This document shows, piece by piece, positions 28,468-37,593 of a stretch of DNA of 64,000 nucleotides. Each line of letters begins with the position of its first letter. Positions within the stretch are counted from its first letter, which is position 1. The DNA is taken from the NCBI GenBank assembly GCA_963715865.1, contig OY970280.1:1-64000 (forward strand), given 5' to 3'. The notes under the pieces are model-generated. The model was not told the origin of the DNA. It worked only from the letters and a program-made list of their open reading frames with translations, and ran no database searches. The DNA comes from Candidatus Bathyarchaeota archaeon (lineage in GTDB: Archaea; Thermoproteota; Bathyarchaeia; Bathyarchaeales; Bathycorpusculaceae). A program made the translations under genes and the position numbers.

Positions 28468-29223
28468 ATGGTTGTTAAAGAGTTAAAGAACCTTCTTTCT
28501 TTCCTCACCATTTTTCCAGTAACCATGGATAAAGACATGCTGACTGACTGCGCCAGAAACATGTGGGCTTTTCCCTTAATAGGCGCATTTATTGGTTTGT
28601 TGGCTGGATTGTTCGGCTGGATTAGTTATCTGTTTTTGCCTGGCATAGTGGTTGGCGGTTTAGTGTTGGCTTTGTTATTATTGATTACTGGGCTTCACCA
28701 CACAGACGGCTTATTGGATTTTGGTGATGGCGTTATGGCTCATGGTTCAGCTGAGCATAAGATTGAGGTTATGCATGACCAGTTAACTGGCGCTGGCGGC
28801 TTATCCTTGGGTATCATGACAATGTTAATTACAGCTTTAGCCATTGGCCAGTTGAATAGTAGCATAATAGTTGGGGGCATCATCATTGTTGAGGTTTCAG
28901 CTAAGCTTTCTATGGTTGTTGCGGCTTGGGCTGGAAAATCTGTTCATGAAGGTATGAATACTCCGTTTCTAGAAGCTATGCAAAAAGGTAAAGGTAATCT
29001 GCGTTTGATTGTTGCGCTGCTAATTTCTTTCGCTATAGCTTTGCCTCTGTTGCATTGGGCAGGCGCTTTCACTGTTCTAGCAGGCGTAATTACTGGTTTA
29101 GTTATGGTCGCCATTGCGCATAGACATTTCAACGGGGTTACAGGCGACGTGTTCGGTGCCACTAACGAGTTGACTAGGATGGTTTGCGTGATTGTTTTGT
29201 TGGCGGTGGCTGCATGGGCGTGA
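28468..29223 (+). CDS. cobS: Cobamide synthase, copy 2
   Basis: LLSFLTIFP, AFPLIG, ITGLHHTDGLLDFGDG, MHDQLTGAGG, GVTGDVFGATNE. Confidence 0.9.
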   Translation: MVVKELKNLLSFLTIFPVTMDKDMLTDCARNMWAFPLIGAFIGLLAGLFGWISYLFLPGIVVGGLVLALLLLITGLHHTDGLLDFGDGVMAHGSAEHKIEVMHDQLTGAGGLSLGIMTMLITALAIGQLNSSIIVGGIIIVEVSAKLSMVVAAWAGKSVHEGMNTPFLEAMQKGKGNLRLIVALLISFAIALPLLHWAGAFTVLAGVITGLVMVAIAHRHFNGVTGDVFGATNELTRMVCVIVLLAVAAWA

Positions 29224-29840
29224 CAGCGCTTGTTATGGCTGGCGGAAAAGGAACGCGCATGCGAGTTGCAGAAGAGAAGCCATTGGTAAAAGTCTGCGGC
29301 AAACCAGTTATTGAATACGTGCTTGAGGCGTTGAAACGCGCTAAGAAAATTGATTCTATCGTTATTGCCGTCAGCAGTTGCACGCCTAAAACTGCCAAGT
29401 TCATGAGTCAGTTTCCAGTTAAAGTAGTTGAAACTCCTGGGAAGGATTATGTTTCTGACATGGGTTATGCTGCACAAAATCTCAAGTTAGGAGTTTTTTT
29501 AGCTATCGCGGCTGATTTGCCGTTAATCACAGGCGAGGTCTTGGATGCCATTGTCGAACGTTATGAGCGTTGCGGAAAGCCAGCGTTGACTGTTGCTGTT
29601 CCGCTTGAAACCAAAACTAAGCTTGGCATGAGCATCGAGTACTCTTTCAAAATGGATGAAAAAGACGTGGTTCCCGTTGGCATCAACGTTATAGATGGGC
29701 ATAAACGGTATGGCGACGAATGGCTCGACCAAGACATCTATCTCCTTGACCTAGACGAATTAGCTGTAAACATCAACACAGTACAGGAACTGCACCTCGC
29801 TGAACGCTTGCTCGCTAAACAAAGCAAAAAACAGACTTGA
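29214..29840 (+). CDS. cobY: Adenosylcobinamide-phosphate guanylyltransferase, copy 2
   Basis: LVMAGGKGTRM, EKPL, YVSDM, AADLP, VGINV, NINT; ATG at 29214. Confidence 0.85.
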   Translation: MGVTALVMAGGKGTRMRVAEEKPLVKVCGKPVIEYVLEALKRAKKIDSIVIAVSSCTPKTAKFMSQFPVKVVETPGKDYVSDMGYAAQNLKLGVFLAIAADLPLITGEVLDAIVERYERCGKPALTVAVPLETKTKLGMSIEYSFKMDEKDVVPVGINVIDGHKRYGDEWLDQDIYLLDLDELAVNINTVQELHLAERLLAKQSKKQT

Positions 29841-29883
29841 ATAATTGGGCTTCTGGTGCTCCACGGAACACTATAGCCCCCTT

Positions 29884-30765
29884 CTATGGTTCAACTTTTG
29901 GTTGCTTGCTTTCTAGAACTTCTTTTAGTGTGTCCTGCATTTTTCTGGCGTCAATGTCCAGAATTGGTGATTCGCATATTATTGTAGGATGCATTTGTAA
30001 GTCAGCTATGACTTCGGCTAGCAAGCGGAAGTCTGGTCCATACCTTTTTTCGTCAAGCGTGTGGTGTCTTTTTTCGCCTTGGCTTGTGAACTCGATTTTT
30101 GAGAAGTGGCAGTGCATGCTTTTTAGGGCTTCTGTTCCAAGTCTCTGCTCCACTTTTTCAGCCACTCCGCGAAAATCTTCAGTTTCCTTGAAGGTTCCTT
30201 GGTTTCTTGCATGCAGATGACTCCAATCAATAACGAGCTGTGTGCCCTCAACTTGTTCGCATATGGTTAGGATTTCATCTAAGGTGCCTACTTGGAATTT
30301 TCTTCCCATAGTTTCAGGACCAAGCTTCACCTTTAAGCCAAGGCTCTTCATTAGGGCGCTAACTTCTTTCAAAGCGTCAAGGCAGGTTTTGAACGCAAAG
30401 TCCTTTTCAAAGCGACCGTAAAAGCCGGTGTGGAACACCATAACGTACGCTCCCATCCAGTCGGCTGCGGTTGCGCACGCGATTAAACGCCGTTTGCTTG
30501 CTTCCGCAACATCCTTTTTACCCGACAAGTTAACGTAGTATGAGCCGTGAAGACTGAGCTTTACATCGTTTTTTCTTGCTTCTTCGCCGAGTTTTTCAGC
30601 ATTTTCCTGTTTCATCTGCGGTTTTTGACCCCACTGGACAGCTTGGTACTCAAAAGCGTCCAGATCTTCCTCGCGCAGTAGTCTTGGAACGTCAGGTAAC
30701 TTTGCTCCGAGGAGTCTGAACATCGGTGGAACTCCTGCTGGACCAAAACGGGTATGCTCAGTCAT
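29884..30765 (-). CDS. nfo: Endonuclease IV (TIM-barrel AP endonuclease)
   Basis: HGSYYVNL, FHTG, PETMG, DWSHLHAR, HCHFSKI, KRHH, CESP metal ligands. Confidence 0.85.
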   Translation of the reverse strand: MTEHTRFGPAGVPPMFRLLGAKLPDVPRLLREEDLDAFEYQAVQWGQKPQMKQENAEKLGEEARKNDVKLSLHGSYYVNLSGKKDVAEASKRRLIACATAADWMGAYVMVFHTGFYGRFEKDFAFKTCLDALKEVSALMKSLGLKVKLGPETMGRKFQVGTLDEILTICEQVEGTQLVIDWSHLHARNQGTFKETEDFRGVAEKVEQRLGTEALKSMHCHFSKIEFTSQGEKRHHTLDEKRYGPDFRLLAEVIADLQMHPTIICESPILDIDARKMQDTLKEVLESKQPKVEP

Positions 30766-30967
30766 CCAATCCCTTTCTATCTTTTACGTTAGTTGTCATT
30801 ATTGCTTTCTATTTTAAAAACATGCACTCCAACAGTTGATTATGGAAGTCGGTTGTGTGAGCCTTCAGTAATCGGTAATCGGCATAACCGACATTTTTGC
30901 GTAAAAACACCAGTTAAGTTAACGCTGTCTGTTTAAAATTCCGACAGTATTAGAAGCTGTCGTGTCT

Positions 30968-31750
30968 TTATAGTAGCTGGGTTATTGTTGGAATCGGCAC
31001 AAACAAGCGAACATAAATAGCTGCCACTATAATTCCGACAGTGATTGCTAGCAAAGCATAATCTCCCCTGTGAAGTTTGAGCAAGTACAGGTTAGTGCGT
31101 TTCTTTGTGGCTCCCCATGCTCGAGACTCCATTGCCTCTGCCAATTCAAGGCTTCTGCGGATAGCACTAACAATCAACGGGATAAGAACAGGCACATAAT
31201 TCCTGATCCTCTTCAGCAAGCCGCCCTTCTCCAATTCCAATCCTCTGGCTTTTTGCGCATCCATTATAGTTTGAGCTTCTTCCGCCAAAACAGGAACAAA
31301 ACGCACTGCAGTGGTAAAGGCGAAAGCAAACTCATAAGGCACACGCGATTCCTCCAGCGCTAAACCTAAATGGTCAGGCGAAGTGGTTAAGAAGAAAACT
31401 GAGAAAGACTCAACAAGCACCACGAAACGCAGGGTCATCGCAGCCGCATTTTCCACGTTAGGAGCTAACAACGTGTAGCCTGAAGTAAAATAGGTCGTTG
31501 CAACGTTAACTATGAAAATGAATCCTGCCAGAAAAGATGCTCCTCGCAAGGAACGTAGCCACTGCCTCTGAACACGTGCTAACAAAACAAAGGGAATCTG
31601 CAAAAAGAATAGAAAAAGCAACGGAATAATCTGGTAGAAAAGAATTGCAACCACAAAAATGGATATAACATACACGAATTTTATTCTGGGGTCTAAATTG
31701 TGAATTGGAGAGTAAACTTTCCTAAACCTTAAACCGTCAAAAACGCTCAT
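30968..31750 (-). CDS. ecfT: ECF transporter transmembrane component T
   Basis: LDPRIK, RFVPVL, AQKARG, ALRRS-like SAIRRS, EAMESRAW. Confidence 0.9.
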   Translation of the reverse strand: MSVFDGLRFRKVYSPIHNLDPRIKFVYVISIFVVAILFYQIIPLLFLFFLQIPFVLLARVQRQWLRSLRGASFLAGFIFIVNVATTYFTSGYTLLAPNVENAAAMTLRFVVLVESFSVFFLTTSPDHLGLALEESRVPYEFAFAFTTAVRFVPVLAEEAQTIMDAQKARGLELEKGGLLKRIRNYVPVLIPLIVSAIRRSLELAEAMESRAWGATKKRTNLYLLKLHRGDYALLAITVGIIVAAIYVRLFVPIPTITQLL

Positions 31751-32574
31751 TTCCGCAATCCACTCTCCTGAGCTTTCAAGATGATTTCTTTCGCTTCGTA
31801 AATGTCAATAATATCCTTTGGAAGACCCAACGGCGACAACTTCAAGAAGATTTGAGCTATCTGCGGCAAAACAATAGATGATAATTCCAATAGCGCCGGG
31901 TCTGTGAGAATATCTTTCCCCAAACCATCAGCTACAATTTTGCCTTCCTTCATCAAAACCACTCTAGGATTGCATTCAGCCACAAACTCCACATCATGAG
32001 TAACAATAACAACAGTTTTCTTTTGTGTCTGCATTTGCATAATGAATTGGCGCAGTTTCTCCTTCTGCTCATGATCCTGCCCAATAGTGGGCTCATCCAA
32101 AATCAACATTTGCGGGTCCCAAGCCAAAACGGAAGCCAATGCAACACGTTTCCGCTCGCCTCCGCTAAGAAGGAAAGGCGAAGTTTTTCTATACTGGGTT
32201 AACGCTAAAAGATTCAAAGCCCACGTTACCCTATTCTCAATAACCTCTGGTTCGAACCCGAAATTTTTGAGCGCAAAAGCAATTTCATCTTCTACTGTTT
32301 CGCTGAATAACTGGTGATCTGGGTTCTGAAAAACAAAACCGACATTTCGAGCTAAGGTTGCTACGCTTGTTTTGTTTGTTTCAACTCCATCCACACGTAC
32401 CGTTCCTAGTGTGGGTTTCAATAGACCATTGAAATGCTTAACAAGTGTTGATTTTCCCGCGCCGTTTTGCCCCATTATTGCGACGAATTCGCCGTCTTTT
32501 ATGGTTAGGGAGACACCCTTCAAGGCTTCAACTTTGTTAGGGTAGGAAAAGTGAACGTCTTCAGCCACAATCAT
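31747..32574 (-). CDS. ecfA: ECF transporter ATPase
   Basis: GQNGAGKS, FQNPDHQLF, LSGGERKR, LDEPT, VTHD. Confidence 0.92.
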   Translation of the reverse strand: MIVAEDVHFSYPNKVEALKGVSLTIKDGEFVAIMGQNGAGKSTLVKHFNGLLKPTLGTVRVDGVETNKTSVATLARNVGFVFQNPDHQLFSETVEDEIAFALKNFGFEPEVIENRVTWALNLLALTQYRKTSPFLLSGGERKRVALASVLAWDPQMLILDEPTIGQDHEQKEKLRQFIMQMQTQKKTVVIVTHDVEFVAECNPRVVLMKEGKIVADGLGKDILTDPALLELSSIVLPQIAQIFLKLSPLGLPKDIIDIYEAKEIILKAQESGLRK

Positions 32575-33422
32575 TTAGGTTTAAGTGCCTCCATCAGTTG
32601 GTCAGCTAATTCTTCAGAAGATAATGGGATGTTGCCGTGGAGGTTTAAGCCGTCTTTTTTTAGCATTTGGTAGAGCAATGTTGCTTTGGGGATTCCGACG
32701 CCGATTAAACGCGTTTCCTCTGTGCTAAGGATTTCTCTTGGGTTTCCTTCGAAGCGGACTTTTCCTTCATCCATAACTATAAGGTGGTTTGTGTATTTTG
32801 CTGTTAAGTCCAGTCTATGTTCTACGAGGATGACGGTTATTCCCTGCTTCTTGTTTAACGCGTAGATTACTTCGAAAATTTTCTCAGCGCTTAGTGGGTC
32901 AAGAAAAGACGTTGGTTCATCTAACACGATAATTTCTGGTTCCATTGCGAGAACAGCCGCTATTGCCACGCGTTGCTGTTGCCCTCCAGAAATTTCGTGA
33001 GGTGACCGTTCACGCAAATCATAAATGCCTGTTAAGTTTAATGCCCAATCCACTTTTTTTCTCATTTCCTCTCGGGAAATCCCAACGTTTTCTAGCCCGA
33101 ACGCCACATCTTTCTCGATGGATAGGGCGAACAGCTGGTTTTCTGGGTTTTGAAAAACTAAGCCTACATGCTTTGCCATCTCATACGTGTGATGCTCAAG
33201 TGTGTTTACTCCTGCAACGGAAATTTCGCCTTTTAATTCTCCTTGATAGAAATGTGGGACTAATCCGTTGAAGCATCGGCACAAAGTTGTTTTTCCACAG
33301 CCGCTTGGTCCAGTAATTAAAACAAACTCGCCTTTCTCCACTTTAATGGAGACATCTATAATTGATGGTTTTGTTGCGCCCGGATAAGTATAGGTGAGGT
33401 TTTTTGTTTCAATTATAGCCAT
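32571..33422 (-). CDS. ecfA: ECF transporter ATPase
   Basis: GPSGCGKT, FQNPENQLF, ISGGQQQR, LDEPT, VEHR; ATG at 33422. Confidence 0.92.
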   Translation of the reverse strand: MAIIETKNLTYTYPGATKPSIIDVSIKVEKGEFVLITGPSGCGKTTLCRCFNGLVPHFYQGELKGEISVAGVNTLEHHTYEMAKHVGLVFQNPENQLFALSIEKDVAFGLENVGISREEMRKKVDWALNLTGIYDLRERSPHEISGGQQQRVAIAAVLAMEPEIIVLDEPTSFLDPLSAEKIFEVIYALNKKQGITVILVEHRLDLTAKYTNHLIVMDEGKVRFEGNPREILSTEETRLIGVGIPKATLLYQMLKKDGLNLHGNIPLSSEELADQLMEALKPK

Positions 33423-33474
33423 GTTTTTTGTGCCTGCTAACCTTAAGCGTGAGAGTTTGCTCATTTAAGCGTAG

Positions 33475-34473
33475 CTACGCATTTTTGCGTATTCTCTGCT
33501 TCAACAATAGCAGACACTGCTTGAGCGTTGGTTCTATCTCGCCCCTGCCGCTTACTCCTGCCGCCATGGCGTGTCCTCCGCCCACTCCCTGCAAGTATTC
33601 GCCTAACGGTGCAGCAATGTCCTTTCCTAAATGGACACCTGCTTGCTCAGTGAACTGGCGTGAGCAACGCAGGCTTACCTCGATTTTCCCGTTTTTCAGT
33701 CCCGCGACAGCCGCCGCATGTGCCCCTAAGTCAACTAGGGCTTTGGCTGCTGAAGCTTGGTAAGCGCTAACATGGGAGAGCGCAATTATCCACTTGTTGA
33801 TTCTTAAAATTTTGGCTCTTTTACAAGCTTTCAACTTAGCTAAGCGCTCAGAAGAGTCTATGGGTAAAGCGAACAGTGCCAAGGTTTCCTGCGCATCTAT
33901 CCCTTCAGCGACTAGCTTAGCGACAATCTCTAAGGTGGGTGAATTTGCCAAAGCAAAATGTCGCGTATCAAAAGCTATGCCAATAAATAACGCTTTAGCC
34001 TCATTCAGGTTAGGCTTAGTTTTTGCTTGTCTGAAAAGTTTATAGATTATTTCGCAGTTGGCTGGTGCTTTTTCATCTATTACGCATAACTTGCAGATTT
34101 TGGTTGTTTCTGGGTTTGGTGCGTGGTGGTCAATAATTATTTTTGGTGCTGGGGATTTTTTTAGTGTTTCAGCAACTTGGTCAAGTTGGTCAATGGTGTT
34201 AGTGTCTAAAAGAACAATTACGTCTGCTGATTCAATGTTAGGATTCATGTTAACAGTTATAGGCATATGCAAAAGAAGTTGCTTAGACGGCTTATTGATT
34301 CCTTGCGGGCACCCAATCTCAGTTACAACATTCGGCATAAACCGTTTTAGCAAACCCTGCAACGCATAAGCCGAACATATCGCATCAGCATCCGCACTGC
34401 GGTGACATAACAACAGGACAAAGGCTGCTTTCTTGTCTTCTAAAATTTTTATTAATTTGTCGAAATCGGTCAT
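33475..34473 (-). CDS. DHH/DHHA1 family phosphoesterase
   Basis: HRSADADA, IIIDHH, GGGHAMAAG. Confidence 0.88.
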   Translation of the reverse strand: MTDFDKLIKILEDKKAAFVLLLCHRSADADAICSAYALQGLLKRFMPNVVTEIGCPQGINKPSKQLLLHMPITVNMNPNIESADVIVLLDTNTIDQLDQVAETLKKSPAPKIIIDHHAPNPETTKICKLCVIDEKAPANCEIIYKLFRQAKTKPNLNEAKALFIGIAFDTRHFALANSPTLEIVAKLVAEGIDAQETLALFALPIDSSERLAKLKACKRAKILRINKWIIALSHVSAYQASAAKALVDLGAHAAAVAGLKNGKIEVSLRCSRQFTEQAGVHLGKDIAAPLGEYLQGVGGGHAMAAGVSGRGEIEPTLKQCLLLLKQRIRKNA

Positions 34474-34763
34474 TTTGTTTTTCTCAAGTATTTTTCACTG
34501 GCTATATATGCTTCGTTTACGGCTTCTTTAACCAAAGTCTGTGCGTCGATGCCTTTAGCTTCTGGCGTTAAGGCAAGGTCTATTTCCACAGTGACATTTA
34601 CTGGTTTTGACCCGACAGCTTCAACGCTAATATCTAGCCTGTCAACCATTTTAGAGGAAACTTTGGAGAGAATGTATTTTCTGGCAGCGTTCTCTGTGGT
34701 TGAGCATAAAGTTTCTATTTGCTCGGTGGTTAGCTCTGGTATTCCCAGCTCTACCACAAGCAT
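34470..34763 (-). CDS. DUF3194 family protein
   Basis: LTTEQIETLC...AARKYILSKV...LDISVE; typical neighbour of prefoldin beta. Confidence 0.65.
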   Translation of the reverse strand: MLVVELGIPELTTEQIETLCSTTENAARKYILSKVSSKMVDRLDISVEAVGSKPVNVTVEIDLALTPEAKGIDAQTLVKEAVNEAYIASEKYLRKTK

Positions 34764-34769
34764 TCACCT

Positions 34770-35141
34770 TTAGGATGAGGGTTGAGAAATTGGACTTAGG
34801 TCTTCTTGGAGTTTTGTCTGTGCTTCTTTTACTTGGCTGCGTATTCTTTCTTCTTGCCTTGCCAGAACAGTGCTTCTTGTGTCCAAAAGCTCTTTTCTAT
34901 CAACCAGTTCTTCGGTTACTTTTGGCTTCTCTGCTTTAACCAATAATGAACCGATTGCCTTGTAAATCACCGCATCATCAGCTGTTTTTTGCAGTTCAGT
35001 CACTGTCTGTTCCACTTCTGTTTTTTCCATTTCAACCTGCTGTTTCTGCGCTAAAATTGACTGTAAGGTTTGCTGCAGTTGCTGCAGTCTAAGAAGCCTT
35101 TCTTGCACGTTAGGCGGTAACTTTGAAAGTTCATCACTCAA
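34770..35141 (-). CDS. pfdB: Prefoldin beta subunit
   Basis: LPPNVQ...LQQLQQ..Q....QKQQ coiled coil, VIYKAIGSLLVK hairpin. Confidence 0.92.
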   Translation of the reverse strand: MSDELSKLPPNVQERLLRLQQLQQTLQSILAQKQQVEMEKTEVEQTVTELQKTADDAVIYKAIGSLLVKAEKPKVTEELVDRKELLDTRSTVLARQEERIRSQVKEAQTKLQEDLSPISQPSS

Positions 35142-35221
35142 ATTTTATCCTTCCGTATCCAGAAATACGATAAGCTCTTAATTAAGCATTTCCAACAAAG
35201 GGCACTGTTAACGCAAGCCTG

Positions 35222-36526
35222 CTAAATGTCTGTTGAGTTCCAATAGTAAACGTTCTTGTAGCCTACATTAGTGATTGGGTATGTTGAGTCGTCATACACT
35301 ATGTCAAGACTGGCGCCGTATTGGGCTAAAAGCTTGCTTGTGGCTATTGCAATCTGTTGGGTTCTGTCATCGGTTGTCCAGAAACCCCAAATAGTATCGT
35401 TAGGATTCCGCATGCCCCATCCAAAGTTTTTAGGCAGCACTAAGGCGGTTTGTGGAGCGCTTAGATCAGCAAAACTCTTAGTGGTAATGTCGTTCCAGAA
35501 TCTCTGAAGTGCAATAAACTGGTCATCACTCATGGCTCCATAATTGTTGCCTTCAACATACGGGTAATTGAAAACCACAATGTATTTTGCTCCTGCCTCA
35601 TAAGACGTTAACATTTGATTGTAAATTTGGTTTCCGCTGTCAAGGTAAGGTGCCGAGTCATACTTCCAAGTAATTATTGCACCCCACTCTTTATCTTGAA
35701 GCCTTGCCGCTCCCTTAACTAAGGCTATTTGCTCTGCTACACTGCAGTTCCAACCTAACTGAGTGAACAAAACGTTGTATCCACCCAAATAATCAAACCA
35801 ATACAAGCCATAATCAGAAGTATACGAAGTGATTCCAGCAGCGTTTAAAGCTCCAAGCCCAGGGTCTATCTTGAGAGCGTCTTGAACGAAAAACTTGGCT
35901 TCCAAATTATAATCTTGAGGTTTAGTACCATTATTCATTACATCCCACATTTTCAAATATATTTGATATAAGTCGTCACTTAATGGATGATATGTCGAAT
36001 TTATGTTGTTATTAATTTGGTTTAATCTCTGTCCCCAATAGCTAAACCATTTACTCCAGTTGCCATCAAGCTGTATTCCACCCGGCTCGTCATTGTAGTA
36101 TATGCCTAAGAATTTGTCGCCCCACATGTCGGTCCAGCGTTGCTTAGTGCTATTAAGCGGTTGTTGCCAAAACCAGGTTGTCTCGTTCGGTTCTAGAACG
36201 TCGTTGATTCCAAGGTTAATGATAACGCTTAAACCCTTGGAAACTGCATAATCGCAAATTTCCTCAACGCTTGATTGATTTCGGCTAATAGGATTTCTGC
36301 CTGAGTCCAAAACAAAGAGATTTGTGTAACCCTTAACCTTGTCAATAAGCAGTTTGGCTTCCGCTGTCGTGTTTCCGCAAAAAGCGACCCCGACATAAGG
36401 GATAGGTTTACTTTTCGCCTGATTTTGGCTAAGGTAAAGTACGTCGAAAGCTAACGCAGAAATAGCCAGTACAGTTATGAGGAAGGCTGGAACCAAATAT
36501 TTCCTAGCTCGTTTGACTCTGCTCAT
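35222..36526 (-). CDS. Membrane-anchored hypothetical protein, possibly a glycoside-hydrolase-like TIM barrel
   Basis: N-terminal TM helix, FLGIYYNDEPGG, YTSDYGLYWFDYLGGY, WGWGM-like PKNFGWGMR. Confidence 0.55.
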   Translation of the reverse strand: MSRVKRARKYLVPAFLITVLAISALAFDVLYLSQNQAKSKPIPYVGVAFCGNTTAEAKLLIDKVKGYTNLFVLDSGRNPISRNQSSVEEICDYAVSKGLSVIINLGINDVLEPNETTWFWQQPLNSTKQRWTDMWGDKFLGIYYNDEPGGIQLDGNWSKWFSYWGQRLNQINNNINSTYHPLSDDLYQIYLKMWDVMNNGTKPQDYNLEAKFFVQDALKIDPGLGALNAAGITSYTSDYGLYWFDYLGGYNVLFTQLGWNCSVAEQIALVKGAARLQDKEWGAIITWKYDSAPYLDSGNQIYNQMLTSYEAGAKYIVVFNYPYVEGNNYGAMSDDQFIALQRFWNDITTKSFADLSAPQTALVLPKNFGWGMRNPNDTIWGFWTTDDRTQQIAIATSKLLAQYGASLDIVYDDSTYPITNVGYKNVYYWNSTDI

Positions 36527-36693
36527 GCCAAAGCCTTACAATAAACTGTTTGTTTATCCATGCTTAAAGTTTTGCGATAAAACGCCTCTTTAGTGATTGC
36601 CAACAAAGAAGCAACAATTATACTTTAAACGATTTTGTGAAGTCTTTTTAAGCAATCAAAACATTAAACCAACCATAAAAGGGGAGAAAGCAA

Positions 36694-37065
36694 GTGGAAC
36701 GCGCCAAAGTCGTAAAGGAAGAATTACTTGAACAAGACATCCTTTTTCTAGCCGTTTACGTGGAAGCAAAAAACTCCATAATGATAATGCTAAGTGAGAA
36801 AGAAGATAAGCTTGGAACCTTGGCAATAGCCGTTCCCAAACCCAAAGACATGCTTGGCCAAGCCACCTCATCAGTGCTTTTAGGTGATAAGAATGTTATT
36901 TCAGCGCGTATGTTTGCTGAGTATGTTGCTTCTAAGAAGGGAAAAATCGCCCTCGTTTCTGTTTACCTTGATAAGGTTGGCGAAATGCAAGCGCAAGCAT
37001 TCTTCATGCACCTCATCGACAAGGTTATGAAAGCAGAAAGCCAAAAAGAGCCAACAGCAACCTAA
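36694..37065 (+). CDS. Proteasome assembly chaperone 4 (PAC4/PSMG4)-like protein
   Basis: LGTLAIAV...SSVLLGD...FAEYVASKKGKIALVS parallels the PAC4 pattern LAVAM...STSLLGD...LAQRLARK.....FVS (by eye). Confidence 0.6.
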   Translation: MERAKVVKEELLEQDILFLAVYVEAKNSIMIMLSEKEDKLGTLAIAVPKPKDMLGQATSSVLLGDKNVISARMFAEYVASKKGKIALVSVYLDKVGEMQAQAFFMHLIDKVMKAESQKEPTAT

Positions 37066-37098
37066 CAAGAAAAAGCCACGCCCAACAGTGAAACCCCA

Positions 37099-37593
37099 AT
37101 GATTCGCAAACTAACAAACACCGACTTCCAATCCATCCTTAACGTCGTAAACAACGCCGCTATTGCTTACAAAGGAAAAATTCCAAACAATCAGTGGAAA
37201 GAACCCTACATGCCAGCACAAGAACTGCAAGAGGAAATCCGAAGCGGAGTACAATTCTACGGCTGCATAGAAGACAACACCTTAATCGCTGTAATGGGAA
37301 TCCAACCAGTCAACGACGTCACCTTAATCAGACATGCCTACGTGCTAACAAGTCACCAGCACAAAGGGCTAGGAGAAAAACTCCTCAAACACTTACTCAG
37401 CTTAGCCAAAACATCCACGGTTTACGCGGGAACATGGGAAGCAGCACCATGGGCAATCAAATTCTATCAGAAACACGGATTCAAACTGGTTTCAACCCAA
37501 GAAAAGAATAACTTGTTAAAGAAATACTGGAATATTCCAGAACGACAAGTTGAAACCTCAGTAGTACTTGAACTAAAAAGGCAACCCAAATGA
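37099..37593 (+). CDS. GNAT family N-acetyltransferase
   Basis: LIRHAYV...QHKGLGEKLL, WAIKFYQKHGF. Confidence 0.88.
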   Translation: MIRKLTNTDFQSILNVVNNAAIAYKGKIPNNQWKEPYMPAQELQEEIRSGVQFYGCIEDNTLIAVMGIQPVNDVTLIRHAYVLTSHQHKGLGEKLLKHLLSLAKTSTVYAGTWEAAPWAIKFYQKHGFKLVSTQEKNNLLKKYWNIPERQVETSVVLELKRQPK

